From assembly GCA_963575745.1 (NCBI GenBank), contig CAUYUJ010000115.1, positions 496,001 to 560,000 of the forward strand: a stretch of DNA of 64,000 bases, read 5' to 3'. Numbering within the stretch: position 1 is the stretch's first letter; each line of letters opens with the position of its first letter. The position numbers were made by a program, and so were the translations under genes. Under the pieces are notes generated by a model. It ran no database searches. It had not been told where the DNA came from and saw only the letters and a program-made list of their open reading frames with translations. Below, one piece after another: positions 1 through 10,898 of this stretch. This stretch comes from Prorocentrum cordatum. Taxonomy: Eukaryota.

Positions 1-56
1 GTCAGGAGGCAGAGGAAGAGGCGGAGGTGCGGGGGGAGGGGTCGACGAGGATGGCA

Positions 57-1588
57 GCGAATACTGTCCTCGCTCAGGCGGGGCCTCCGTGGAGCGGTGG
101 GAGGAACACGAAACCTGATAAATAATATGGTTTGCGAATACTGTCCTCGCTCAGGCGGGGCCTCCCTGGAGCGGTGGGAGGGGCACGAAACCGGATAAAT
201 AATATGGTTTGCGAATACTGTCCTCGCTCAGGCGGGGCCTCCCTGGAGCGGTGGGAGGGGCACGAAACCTGATACATAATATGGTTTGCGAATACTGTCC
301 TCGCTCTGGCGGGGCCTCCCTCGAGCGGTGGGAGGGGCACGAAACCTGATAAATAAGATGGTTTGCGAATACTGTCCTCGCTCAGGCGGGGCCTCCCTGG
401 AGCGGTGGGAGGGGCACGAAACCTGATAAATAATACTGTTTGCGAATACTGTCCTCGCTCCGGCGGGGCCTCCCTGGAGGGGTGGGATGGGCACGAAACC
501 TGATAAATAATATGGTTTGCGAATACTGTCCTCGCTCAGGCGGGGCCTCCCTGGAGCGGTGGGATGGGCTCGAAACCTGAAACATAATATGGTTTGCGAA
601 TACTGTCCTCGCTCTGGCGGGGCCTCCCTGGAGCGGTGGGAGGGGCACGAGACCTGATAAATAAGATTGCTTGCGAATACTGTCTTCGCTCAGGCGGGGC
701 CTCCCTGGAGCGGTGGGAGGGGCACGAAACCTGATACATAATATGGTTTGCGAATGCTGTCCTCGCTCAGGCGGGGCCTCCCTGGAGCGGTGGGAGGAAC
801 ACGAAACCTGATAAATAATATGGTTTGCGAATGCTGTCCTCGCTCTGGCGGGGCCTCCCTGGAGCGGTGGGAGGGGCACGAAACCTGATAAATAATATGG
901 TTTGCGAATACTGTCCTCGCTCAGGCGAATCGGTCCTCGCTCAGGCGGGGCCTCCCTGGAGCGGTGGGAGGGGCACGAAACCTGATAAATAATATGGTTT
1001 GCGAATACTGTCCTCGCTCAGGCGGGGCCTCCCTGGAGCGGTGGGAGGGGCACGAAACCTGATAAATAATATGGTTTGCGAATACTGTCCTCGCTCTGGC
1101 GGGGCCTCCCTGGAGCGGTGGGAGGGGCACGAAACCTGATAAATAATATGGTTTGCGAATACTGTCCTCGCTCAGGCGGGGCCTCCCTGGAGCGGTGGGA
1201 GGGGCACGAAACCTGATAAATAATATGGTTTGCGAATACTGTCCTCGCTCTGGCGGGGCCTCCCTGGAGGGTGGGAGGGGCACGAAACCTGATAAATAAT
1301 ATGGTTTGCGAATACTGTCCTCGCTCAGGCGGGGCCTCCCTGGAGCGGTGGGAGGGGCACGAAACCTGATAAATAATATGGTTTGCGAATACTGTCCTCG
1401 CTCTGGCGGGGCCTCCCTGGAGGGGTGGGAGGGGCACGAAACCTGATAAATAATATGGTTTGCGAATACTGTCCTCGCTCTGGCGGGGCCTCCCTGGAGC
1501 GGTGGGAGGGGCACGAAACCTGATAAATAATATGGTTTGCGAATGCTGTCCTCGCTCAGGCGGGGCCTCCCTGGAGCGGTGGGAGGGG
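57..1588. repeat. 77-bp tandem satellite, about 20 copies
   Basis: Unit GCGAATACTGTCCTCGCTCAGGCGGGGCCTCCCTGGAGCGGTGGGAGGGGCACGAAACCTGATAAATAATATGGTTT recurs at 57, 134, 211, 288 ... 1539 with few substitutions; a ~20-bp partial duplication near 921-940 shifts the register. Confidence 0.97.
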
Positions 1589-1635
1589 TGTATGTATGGT
1601 TTCCTACGTGCTTGCCTGACCCCGGTGGTCTGCAA

Positions 1636-1896
1636 TAGTATGGTATGGTATTGTATGGTATGGTATAGTATGGTATGGTAGGAGCAGGAAGAGGGAGCGA
1701 GCGTGGTAGGTAGGTATTGTATGGTATTATATGGTGTGGTAGGTATGCGGTGATGGTGTATGTATGGTTTCCTAGGTGTGGTATGGTAGGTACGGTGGTC
1801 TGCTATATTATGGTATGGTATGGTATTGTATGGTATGGTATGGTAGGAGTAGGAAGAGGGAGCGGTATTGTATGGTATGGTATAGTATGGTATGGT
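1636..1896. repeat. (ATGGT)n pentanucleotide microsatellite, degenerate
   Basis: Repeated TATGG/ATGGT units directly following the 77-bp satellite. Confidence 0.9.
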
Positions 1897-2466
1897 AGGA
1901 ATAGGAGGAGGGAGCGGGAGGTGGGAAGGTGGGAAGGTGGGAAGATGGGAAGGAGAGGGTGTCCTGGGAAAACAAGAACCCCACTCAGGATGTGGGGAAT
2001 AATATCCCCGCTGTCCCCCTGGAGCCCCGAATTTTCAGATCCCCTGGTGGCAACTATCGTGGGCGCAGGCTTTGCTGGTGTTGCGCGTGCGGTCGTCCCG
2101 CTTGAACTCCCAAGAGCTGGAAGACTGAAAAACGGTCGCCAGAGGCTGATTCCGGTAGCGCAAGACACAGACGGGTTCTCGGGAATTTGACCTGTCGGGT
2201 TGGGGGGGAGGAATCTGTGGAAAGGTCCCACAGGTGCCTGCTGAGGAGTGGGGTATGGATCCGAGGCTACGTAGAGTTCAGGCGTATCCACCGCCTGGGA
2301 AACCGTCCCAGGGAGGGAGTGGAAATGTGTTTGTTCAGTTCCCCCCGGCCCCCGGAGTACCCACATCCAATGCTTCTTGGGCTCCTCGGGCATGTCCACG
2401 CCTCGCGTTGAAGGGAGGGGCTGTGGCGGAGGCGACGGGGAAGACGAGGAAAGCACATGGTATTGA

Positions 2467-2501
<35 letters not shown>

Positions 2502-2837
2502 GGCGTTTTTGCTCCATAGCCTTCTTTTGTGTGTGTTGGGTTCCGGGGATGCCGTGGTGCACCCCGAGCAGGGCCCGCAGGCTTGGCGGGGGGGGGGGGG
2601 GGCGGTTCACAACGGCTGACGTGTCCCAGAAGGGGGTGCGGCCCTCGAAGACCAGCGCACCCGCTCTGCCACCCACAAATGTCTGAGCCTGGGGGCGCTC
2701 CCCTGCGTGCTGCAGGCATGGTAACGGGTGTAGCATAGGGTTCTCATGGCATTTGATCGAGGCTGGTTGATCGTGGAGCTCTTCTGGTGAGTGTGTGTTT
2801 CGGTTGCGCGTGTGCTGGGGAGTCGCTCCCCTACCAG

Positions 2838-3102
2838 GAACCACTTGCAGGACTTGGCCAATAATTTCGACCCGAGACAGGTTTTCATCACGCGAGGCAT
2901 CAGCCGAATGGGCTTTCAGTCGAAGAAGTTGCTGGAGGCATACTTCGCACGGTATGGCAAGGTCGTGCGCGTCATGGTACCTTATTCGAAGTCCAAGCGT
3001 TTGGCGCGCAATCTCCATCCACAAGCCCGAGTTCATCCGGGTTCATTGGCCTTCGTTGTCATGGCTGACGCCGAGTGCGTTGGTCGGATCCTTGCAGCCA
3101 CG
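2838..3102 (+). CDS. Exon of an RRM-like RNA-binding protein gene (N-terminal exons not resolved)
   Basis: Follows acceptor CTACCAG (2837). Translates NHLQDLANNFDPRQVFITRGISRMGFQSKKLLEAYFARYGKVVRVMVPYS...PGSLAFVVMADAECVGRILA, with an RNP2-like VFI, a YFARYGKV helix/strand and an RNP1-like LAFVVM. The GC donor is at 3097 or 3103 (both in frame). Confidence 0.8.
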
Positions 3103-3807
3103 GCCTCAGCAGCACGGCGCGCGCGCGCGCGGTGCCGAGACCGCAGGCGTGGCAGATGCCGTCTAACCCAACGCACGTTTATGTGGGGGCGCGTGCAGCT
3201 CCGGGTGAATGCCGCCGATCGGCACGTTCTCGTCCTCATCCTCCTTCCCTGCTCCTGATTGGTGACGCCTCTCCTGATCGTTCTCCTCCTCATTCTCCCT
3301 TTTCCTGTCGCACCCCAGGTGTTTCTCCTGGATTCTTCCCTACTATTTGTGGCTCCGAAACTTGACATCTGCCGCAGCTTCCAGGATGGATGGAGGTCCG
3401 TTGCCAACATAGACCTTGCTTTGACGCCGCGCACCTCCGTCTGAGAAGCCTGCAGCAGCTCCAGTGCTGGAGGGCGGGCGTTTTCAAGACGGAGCTCTCG
3501 CCCTCGGGCCGCGCACGTTTGTCCTACAAGTTTTCAGTGGCTTTCATGGTTGAGGACGGGCCGTCTTCACACATGGATCTCTCGACTGCCGCGCAGGTTT
3601 GTCTCACGGGGCTGCAGTCGCTCAGATGATGCATGCTTTTTTTTCGACTGGGGCCCCCGCTTCCGGGCCCCGCACGCTTGTCTTACATGTCTAGAACGGG
3701 TGCAGGGGTGGTAGGCGGTTCCTGTTCGAAATTGGGCCTTACGCTTCAGACTTCTAAGTATTCACAGACCTGGAGTTTGACCAGATGCAACATCTGCACG
3801 GATGCCT

Positions 3808-3979
3808 CGGGCGTTCACTAATGGGGGGGCGATATGTGGGGGGTAAGAAAGGTGCACCTTTCGTGCACCTTTCGTACCCCGTCGGGGCCCTAGGGGGCTC
3901 GTTTAGGGCCCCTCTAGGGCCCCTTTCGTGCAACCCTCGACGCCCCCCAATGTATCGCCCCCCCATGACCGAACGCCCG
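3808..3979. mobile_element. MITE-like element, family A
   Basis: Imperfect ~36-bp TIRs CGGGCGTTCACTAATGGGGGGGCGATA ... TATCGCCCCCCCATGACCGAACGCCCG; related copy at 14403-14579. Confidence 0.75.
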
Positions 3980-4173
3980 GATGAAGGGCGTGTTCTTTCT
4001 TCAACCGTTGGCGTTCGATCGGGGTGTCTCCAAAACAAGAGCGGGAGTTTTGGAGCAGATGCAGCAGCTGCACGGATGCAGGGCGGCTGTTTTTCCTTGA
4101 GATGTCGTCATTGTTCGGGGCGTTTCGACGCTCCTTGCCAGAAGTGTCAAGCCTTGACGCTTCTCGTGTTCTT

Positions 4174-4332
4174 AAGTCGGGCCTTTCCCTCTGCAGGAGG
4201 AATGTTCAAAAGTAGTATGACAAAAAATAGTCTGGGAATTATGGTTGGGGTATGTTTGAGCAATTTGGGGGTATTTGTTTGACTAATTTTACTTTTCGTC
4301 CAGAATCCGCCTGTAGGGGGACATGCCCGACC
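4174..4332. mobile_element. MITE-like element, family B
   Basis: TIRs AAGTCGGGCCTTTCCCTCTGCAGG ... CCTGTAGGGGGACATGCCCGAC around an AT-rich core; diverged copy at 31355-31497. Confidence 0.65.
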
Positions 4333-4479
4333 GACTCGTATTCCCACCAGCCCATCCAGCAACAGACGCGGGTTTGTGAAAGGATTCAGGGGGAAGTAGG
4401 CGACGACGATGACGGCGACGACAGGAGTGAGGCCGTGGCAGATCGTTCGCAGTTGGAGCGTCTGGGCCTCGTGGCGCCA

Positions 4480-5183
4480 TGTTGGAGGCCTCTTGGTGCC
4501 CTCAGGGAGAAGACCACAGTGTGGTCTTCTCGCGGGGCCAACTTGGGGCACTCTCGGGACCCTCCTGGCGCCTCTCGAAGGCTGTGGAGGCTTCCCTGGA
4601 AGCCATCGATCACACGAAGAGAGCGCCGTCAAGTTGCGTCCCCCCCGCTGGGGCCTTACCCTGATCCTCTTGGGGCACTGCTGGAGCGTTCTTTCTTGGG
4701 GCGGCCTTGGGTGCTCGTGGTGCCGTCTTTGGTTTCTATCGGTTCTCGATTGGGGCCGCCTTGAGCCATCTTGCAGCCGTCGCGAGGCTTTCAGAGCTCA
4801 TCGGAAGCGAAACGGCGAGACGGCAAACAACATTGGCAAGCACACGGGTTCTGAATGATTTGGGCCTTTTGGGAATTTCAGCGGGAGGCACGGAGGGCAC
4901 TTCGGAGCCGCCTTGGCGCGGTCTTGGGACCTCTGCGAGGCATAGCGGAAGCTACACTGAACCATGTTTGGATACCTTGAGTGATCTTGGGGCACATTTT
5001 GGACTCTTTTGGGTCCACTTTGGAGCCATCTCGGGCCCTTTTGGACGCTGCAGCCCCTCGCGAAACGCCCCCTCCAGTCCCACTGGGAGTGGGGAGGGGG
5101 AGGGGGAACCCCCTACGCGAATGGGAAGAAGGGGTTTAGCGGAACGAACTCGTCAGCCAACTCATGCCTGATGGTTGGTGGGA
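4480..5183 (+). repeat. Dispersed GGGCC(G)TCTTGG-rich repeat family, copy 1
   Basis: Degenerate TCTTGGG units; module CATCGGAAGCGAAACGGCGAGA shared with 43937-43958; G-rich hairpin end GGGGGAACCCCC...GGTTGGTGGGA. Confidence 0.65.
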
Positions 5184-6527
5184 CTTGTGCACACACTGCC
5201 CACGTGGGGGCGGTCCCATTTCAACACGGGGATCTCGCTGGATGCCTCGCTGGACTGCATGAGCCTACCTCTGCGCATTCCTCCTTCCTCGCTGGATGGG
5301 TGCTATGGAGTCGGTCCCCTTCCCAAGCTGGGCCGTCGCCTGCATGGCAGGTCCACGCGGGCGCTGGTCCCTCAAGGGGCGAGGGGAGAGGAAGGCTTGA
5401 AGGGACTTGTGGGGGGGGGGGGGGGCGGGAATCTGTTTCAGCATCGTTGATGCATTTGGGGGTTCTTTCTGGTCCTCTTTCGTCCTCTTCCCAGGGCCGA
5501 CCACAGCGCTGTCTCACTTCGTTCGGGCCCTTGTCTTGTTGTCCGTTTCGTTTTTTGTTGTTGTTTCTTTTCGTTGTCCGGGCTTGGTTGAAGTGCACCG
5601 TTTCGTCGTTCGTTCCCGTTTGGCACCGGCTTCGTTTTCAACGTTCGTGTTCAATGTTGGACCTTTGTCTTTGTTTGCTGTCAACACATTTGTTGACCAT
5701 CTTTGTGATTGGTCCTTGCTCGTCGATCCTTGGCCGAGGTTTGACTGTGCATCTTCGGGGGATCTTGCCTGTCCTACAAATGGCGGCCTTTTCTTCTACT
5801 TCGACGTGGGTTCGGCGCGGATTCGGCGTGTGCTCGGCGTGGATGCGACGCGGGCTCGACGTGGCTTCGACGCGGATCCGGCATGCTGGCCAGTGATTCG
5901 ATGCGGATTCGACTCGGACAGCGGCGTGAGGTGTGACAGACAACGCCGCCCGGAGACGCAGCATGAGTGACGATGCCCCCTCCCGAGCCAGTCCTCCTCG
6001 GGCCCTCGGCCCTCCCGGGCCCTGGTCAGGAACTCCGACTCTCTGACGCGTCGTTCCGCGGCGGTGCGCTCGGTCCAGAACTTGGGCTCAGCCTGCCGCG
6101 ATGCCGGTGCTGTCGATGCTCTCGTCCGGGGGACCTTCCTGTGGCCCACCTGTCGATGCCGGATCTGTTCGACCCCAGTTCGACCCCAGTTCGCTGCAAA
6201 TGAGTCGAGCTCGGCTCACGCTCGACGCGGCTTCGACGCAGCTTCGGCGCAGCTGCGACGCACGAGTGGCGCGAGTGTCTCTGGGAAGCTCCCCAGAAGG
6301 AGCCTCCGAGGTCCTCGCCCGCCGCGCTCCGGAGAGCGGCCCGCCAAGCCCGCCCCAGTGTCCAGGCCTTCAGCGCTCCGAGCTCGCCCCGCCCCCCCGC
6401 CCCGCGGGGCACAGCGGCGCTTCGCCGACGACGACGACGACGACGACGACGCTCGCTGGCCGAGCGCTCGGGCCCGTGCGGTCGACGGGCGGCGGGCGGC
6501 GCGCGCCGCAGCCACACGGCTCGCGAG

Positions 6528-6586
6528 GCCAGCGCGGAGCACGGGGTCGAGGGCTACGCCGTGCGCGTGGAGAAGTTCCAGCAGAT
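6528..6586 (+). CDS. Next exon of the RRM-like gene (last helix-strand of the RRM)
   Basis: Acceptor AG at 6526-6527; encodes ASAEHGVEGYAVRVEKFQQM in frame with the previous exon, completing the RRM fold; GT donor at 6587. Confidence 0.72.
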
Positions 6587-6595
6587 GTCGGGCAC

Positions 6596-6770
6596 TCAGT
6601 TCCGACGAAGGCATCGATGCACCACCACCGTGCCAGGCCGGGGCCATCCTGGGACCCAGGATGGTGTCTAGACCCTCCTGGCCTCGGCCAGGATGGCGTA
6701 GACACCATGCCAGGGCCAGGATGGCCTTGGCCTGGCACGGTGGTGGTGTATAGATGCCTTCTGCGTACTA
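6596..6770. mobile_element. Intronic MITE
   Basis: TIRs GAAGGCATCGATGCACCACCACCGTGCCAGGCC ... GGCCTGGCACGGTGGTGGTGTATAGATGCCTTC. Confidence 0.8.
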
Positions 6771-6972
6771 GTGGGCCCCGGAAACGGCAGGGCCGTTTTT
6801 CCACGGTCTCCGACGGCAAAAAAGCACGGCGACTAGAAACGGCAAAGCAACGGCTCCCGGATTGGAGCCAGAGCCTGAGCCGGAATAGCAAAAACTAAAT
6901 GGCGACGGAACCGGCGGCAGAAGCGGCAAAACGGAGCCGTCGAAAACACGGCCCTGTCGTTTCCAGGGCCCG
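6769..6972. mobile_element. Intronic MITE abutting the previous one
   Basis: TIRs GTGGGCCCCGGAAACGGCAGGGCCGTTTTT ... AAAACACGGCCCTGTCGTTTCCAGGGCCCGC; the same right end recurs at ~33046-33070. Confidence 0.8.
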
Positions 6973-6977
6973 CGGAG

Positions 6978-7110
6978 GTCGGGCATGCTCTCAGACCCGC
7001 AGTCCGAGAGCGTGGAGCACGCCTGCGTGGGCCCCCGGGAGGCCGCCTCGGCGGCCCGGGGCTACGCCGTGCGCGTCGAGAGGTTCCAGCAGATGTCGGG
7101 CATGCTCTCG
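6978..7110 (+). CDS. Exon of the RRM-like gene (internally repeated segment)
   Basis: Acceptor AG at 6976-6977. Splicing gives FQQMSGMLSD, identical to the copy later in this exon (GYAVRVERFQQMSGMLSD). Probable GA donor at 7111. Confidence 0.72.
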
Positions 7111-7137
7111 GACCGTTCGGATGCAACTCCTGGGGAG

Positions 7138-7325
7138 GTCAGATCCCAGACACGATCCCAGACATGGGCGGGAGGTTTTGCTATTTTCGGCCCCTGGGGG
7201 CCCTTGCCGGGCCCCAGGACTGTCAAAAAACGATTCAGGATGAGAAACCGGTTCTGGGGAAAGTGTCGGGACTTCCGGGGACGCCGTATTGAAAAATCAG
7301 GACGTCGCATGTCTGGGATTCTGAC
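7138..7325. mobile_element. Intronic MITE
   Basis: TIRs GTCAGATCCCAGACA ... TGTCTGGGATTCTGAC. Confidence 0.65.
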
Positions 7326-7490
7326 TTTGCCCTGGTCCGAACTCTGGCTCAATCGGACTTGATCCCGCTCCATCTCGCTTAATCCCGCGTCAGCCCGATC
7401 CGCGGCCGAAGCCGGCGTAGCAGCCCCCCAATGAGGCTAAATTCTCCCGAATCTTTACTACGAAGACCTCCCAGCAGTTGCCTCCTACAG

Positions 7491-7598
7491 GACCAGCAGT
7501 CCGACGGCGTCGAGCATGTCTTCGTGGGCTCCCCGGAGTCCGCCTCGGCGGCCAGGGGCAGAGGGGGTGAGCATCCCGACCTGGCCGCTCCGGTCTGA
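7491..7598 (+). CDS. Probable terminal exon of the RRM-like gene
   Basis: Acceptor CCTACAG (7490); DQQSDGVEHVFVGSPESASAARGRGGEHPDLAAPV then TGA at 7596-7598; parallels DPQSESVEHACVGPREAASAARG in the previous exon. Confidence 0.65.
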   Translation, partial: DQQSDGVEHVFVGSPESASAARGRGGEHPDLAAPV

Positions 7599-8511
7599 TA
7601 TCGATCTCGGACGTCTCTTGGCATCGCTCGGGCGTGTGCATTTCTTCTCGGCGTGGACCATCGAAGTTGTGTGTGCAAAGTCAGAACCTTGAATTAGCGA
7701 ATTAGTCATCAACCTTGCCCTTTTCCTGGTATGATCAACCGAAGAGCTTCCTTTCTCTCCGCTTCTGCTCCTCGGTGCGCCGCTCGCGCTCCCCTCCCGC
7801 TCTTATCCTTCGCCCGCCTTTTCTATCCTTAGCCACTCCCTGCTCCCATTATCCGTCATTCGGTTGGCCCCAGAGGTGGCCCTCGAGGCTTCGGTATCAG
7901 ACCTCCCCTCCTCTCTTCTTCGTCCTCCCTCCCCTGCATTACTGTCCAGACCGCTGCGGCACAAACACAAAAACGAACACAAACAAGCACAAACAAACAC
8001 AAACATTACAAACAAGTACTGGACGGAACATCAAAACCAAAAGACACAACAACCACACACACGCACACAAACCTAAATTATGGCTTCGAATTTGCACACA
8101 CACACAATCGAAGAGCATCTTGGGGCACCTTGCGACAAACAATCATGCACGAAATCGAAACATGCATGGGGAATAGTGTTCCGAGCGATGGCCAGGGCCC
8201 GATTCGATTCGAGGCCGTTCCCCCGACGATCCGACCCAGACCCCCTCGCGTCGTGAAGCGATCACGACGGAGAGTTTTTCGCTGTTTCCGGCCTTTGGCT
8301 GCCCTCGCCTGGTATCGGGGCCGTCGGACAACGATTCGGGAAACAGAAGCTGAGCGCTGGGGAGGGGTCTGGATTTTTTGGGGCACTGGTGCATGACGCA
8401 ACATTCAGTGCCTTCCATGAAACTTCAGTCGGGCGTACTTTGCCCAGACCTTGAAAGTTGGAAGGGGGCAGGCTTCTTAGAGGCACCTGCTTCTTAGAAG
8501 GCGCGGGCCTT

Positions 8512-8733
8512 GTCTACAGATTCAGGGCCAGCGCCTTCTTCCTTCTAAACAGATTATCCCCTCCCCCTACAGTCAACGCGCCTAGTAAGGACGCGCGCCT
8601 TCATCTAGGGTAATTACTTTTGTGTCCTTGCCTCTGAGGCCCGTCCTTTGCCGTTTTCATGGGTCGCCCGCCGCTCAAAAAATCCCGTCTTCGGCCTCCA
8701 AGGGTTTTGCGTCCTTGCGTGTGCCGTCGTTCG

Positions 8734-8774
<41 letters not shown>

Positions 8775-8850
8775 CTTTCGGCGAGGACCATCGGAGAGCA
8801 TCCTGGAGCATCGAGCCACAAATACAACACGGCACAGAAACATGCACTGG
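8512..8850 (+). repeat. ~340-bp dispersed repeat (second copy 10391-10700)
   Basis: Near-identical CTACAGAT(T/C)CAGGGCCAGCG...GTCAACGCGCCTAGTAAGGACGCGCGCCTTCATCTAGGGTA...GCTCAAAAAATCCCGTCTTCGGCCTCCA in both copies; copy 1 carries a long poly-T at 8737-8774. Confidence 0.9.
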
Positions 8851-10730
8851 AAATGGACGTCCGAGCGACAGCAAGTAACTATCGGGCCGGGCGAAAGGGG
8901 GGAAAGCGGGGGTTACGAAATCTGTTGCATCCAGCTGGTTTCGGCCCCGCCGCCCGGCCCATTCCGCGATACATGGGCGCCTCCCGGCGCCAGGAGGCGC
9001 TGGAAAAATCAGCTACGTGAGCTGATTCTCCACCCTGCCCTTTGCTACCCCCCCCTTTCGTTCCCCCCGCAAGTACGACCCGTCCTCAATACACGTTTTG
9101 AGTGCACCCCCTCGTGAGCGCCGCCAACCCATGGTGCCCTGACGTGCCCACCCTGTCCCGCATACGGAGACCTCACACCTCCTCCCCTGGCGGGGGAGGA
9201 CGTGCTACGCCCGCCAGAGGACACAGGAGGAGGAGCAGGACAGGGAGAGGAGGAGGAGGGGGGGGAGGAGGAGGTGGCGGAGGAGGAGGAGGAGGAGGGG
9301 GAGGAGGGGGAGGAGGGGGAGGAGGAGGAGGAGGAGGAGGAGGAGGAGGAGGAGGAGGAGGAGGAGGTGGAGGAGGAGGACAGGTCCCCAGAACCCGTCG
9401 AGTCAGGAAACAATCAACACTTATTGCTTATTGCTTGGTTTGCTATTTTCGGCTTTTGGGGGGCCCTTAACAGGCCTCGGGACCGTCAAGAACGGCTCAG
9501 GATGACACACACCTGTCATGGGGAATGGGTCGAGACTCGGGGGCCAACGTTATGAACGAAAAAACAGCGCCAGGAGTGAGAGGGGTGAGGGGCGAATCGG
9601 CGATCGAGGCCCAGCAGCCGACGGGGCGGAGGAGGATTAGGACAGCCAGTCAGACCGAGGTATAAGATGGAGGTCGGTTCGGGGAGGGTGCCGTAATGTT
9701 CTTCGTGTTTGTTGGATGTTCTTGCGCATCTTGGGGGAGTGTACCCTCGAGTGATCTTGTGGTTTGGGGTGTTTTGGCCGGCGGAGGTCGTTATTTTCTT
9801 GAAGGGTACTCTCCTGTCCTAGGTCCCACCGTAGTAGGACAAGAGGGGGAGTAGGGATCGGCATGAACGAAATAGGTACGGCCAGAACGGCTACGATGCC
9901 CAACAACAGTTCCTGTTCATTGTGAGCAGGACTCTCTGTCGGCGTCGCTGCGGACGGTGTCTGTTTGAGACAGAAGGCCGCCTAGGAGGAGGAGGAGGAG
10001 GAGGAGGAGGAGGAGGAGGAGGAGGAGGAGGAGGAGGAGGAGGAGGGGGGGTGGAGTGGTTGGTCGGGGGTGGGGTGGAGGGGGGAAGGGGAGGCGAGGA
10101 GGAGGGGGAGGAGGAGGATATGGAGGAGGGGGTGGAGGAGGAGGAGGGGGGGGAGGGGGAGGGGAAGGAGGAGGAGTAGGAGGAGGAGGAGATGCACCTT
10201 TGCGTCCCCCCAGGCGGGGTGCGCTCCCGCTGCCCGGCCCCCGGGCCTCGCTCGAAGGGCCGCCGCGCCGCTGGGCCCTGCGGCGGTCGGGCCGACCGCG
10301 GGGTGGAGATGTGCAGGCGCGGCTCTGCCTCTCGGGGGAGGGCCAGTGCTTCCGAGGAAGAGCATCATGCGATCGCAAACACGGCCTGGTCTACAGATCC
10401 AGGGCCAGCGCTTTCTTTCCTCCTAGGAAGATTCCCCCCTCCCCCTACTGTCAACGCGCCTAGTAAGGACGCGCGCCTTCATCTAGGGTACCTTTTGTGG
10501 TCTTGCCTCTGAGGCCCGTCCTTTGCCGTTTTCATGGGTCGCACGCCGCTCAAAAAATCCCGTCTTCGGCCTCCAAGAGTCTTGCGTCCTTACCTGTGGC
10601 GTCGCTCGGCCGTGTGTTTTCTTCTCTCGGAAAGGACCATCGAAGAGCATCTTGGATCATCGAGTCACAACAACAAAAAAACGCACAGAAACATGCACGG
10701 GAAATGTCAGGCGATCGCAAGCATATATTA

Positions 10731-10898
10731 AGGGGGCGTGGATTAGCGATCGGTCCCGTTTCCATTGGAAATCGCGGATTTCCGCCGCCGAGCGAGGCGG
10801 CACCAGCCGCATTTGGGGGAGGGCACCTCTCCCGATCCATGGATTTGGCGACCGCGCGCCAAATCTATGGATAGCTAATCCATGTTTGCGCGCCCCCG
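10731..10898. mobile_element. MITE-like element with internal palindrome
   Basis: Ends GGGGGCGTGGATTAGCGATC ... GATAGCTAATCCATGTTTGCGCGCCCCC; internal hairpin GATCCATGGATTTGGCG/CGCCAAATC(T)ATGGAT; right half repeated at 22830-22898. Confidence 0.7.

Noticed and set aside
57..1588. CRISPR array, or the minus-strand repetitive ORFs
   Set aside because: Whole units are identical, with no unique spacers and no cas genes; the ORFs are translations of the satellite.
2245..2460. Upstream exon of the RRM-like gene (…EDEEST, GT donor near 2460)
   Set aside because: Phase-compatible, but there is no independent support or clear acceptor; left uncalled.
8512..10700. LTR retrotransposon bounded by direct repeats
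   Set aside because: No TG..CA ends, PBS or gag/pol; the interior is microsatellite and unrelated repeats.
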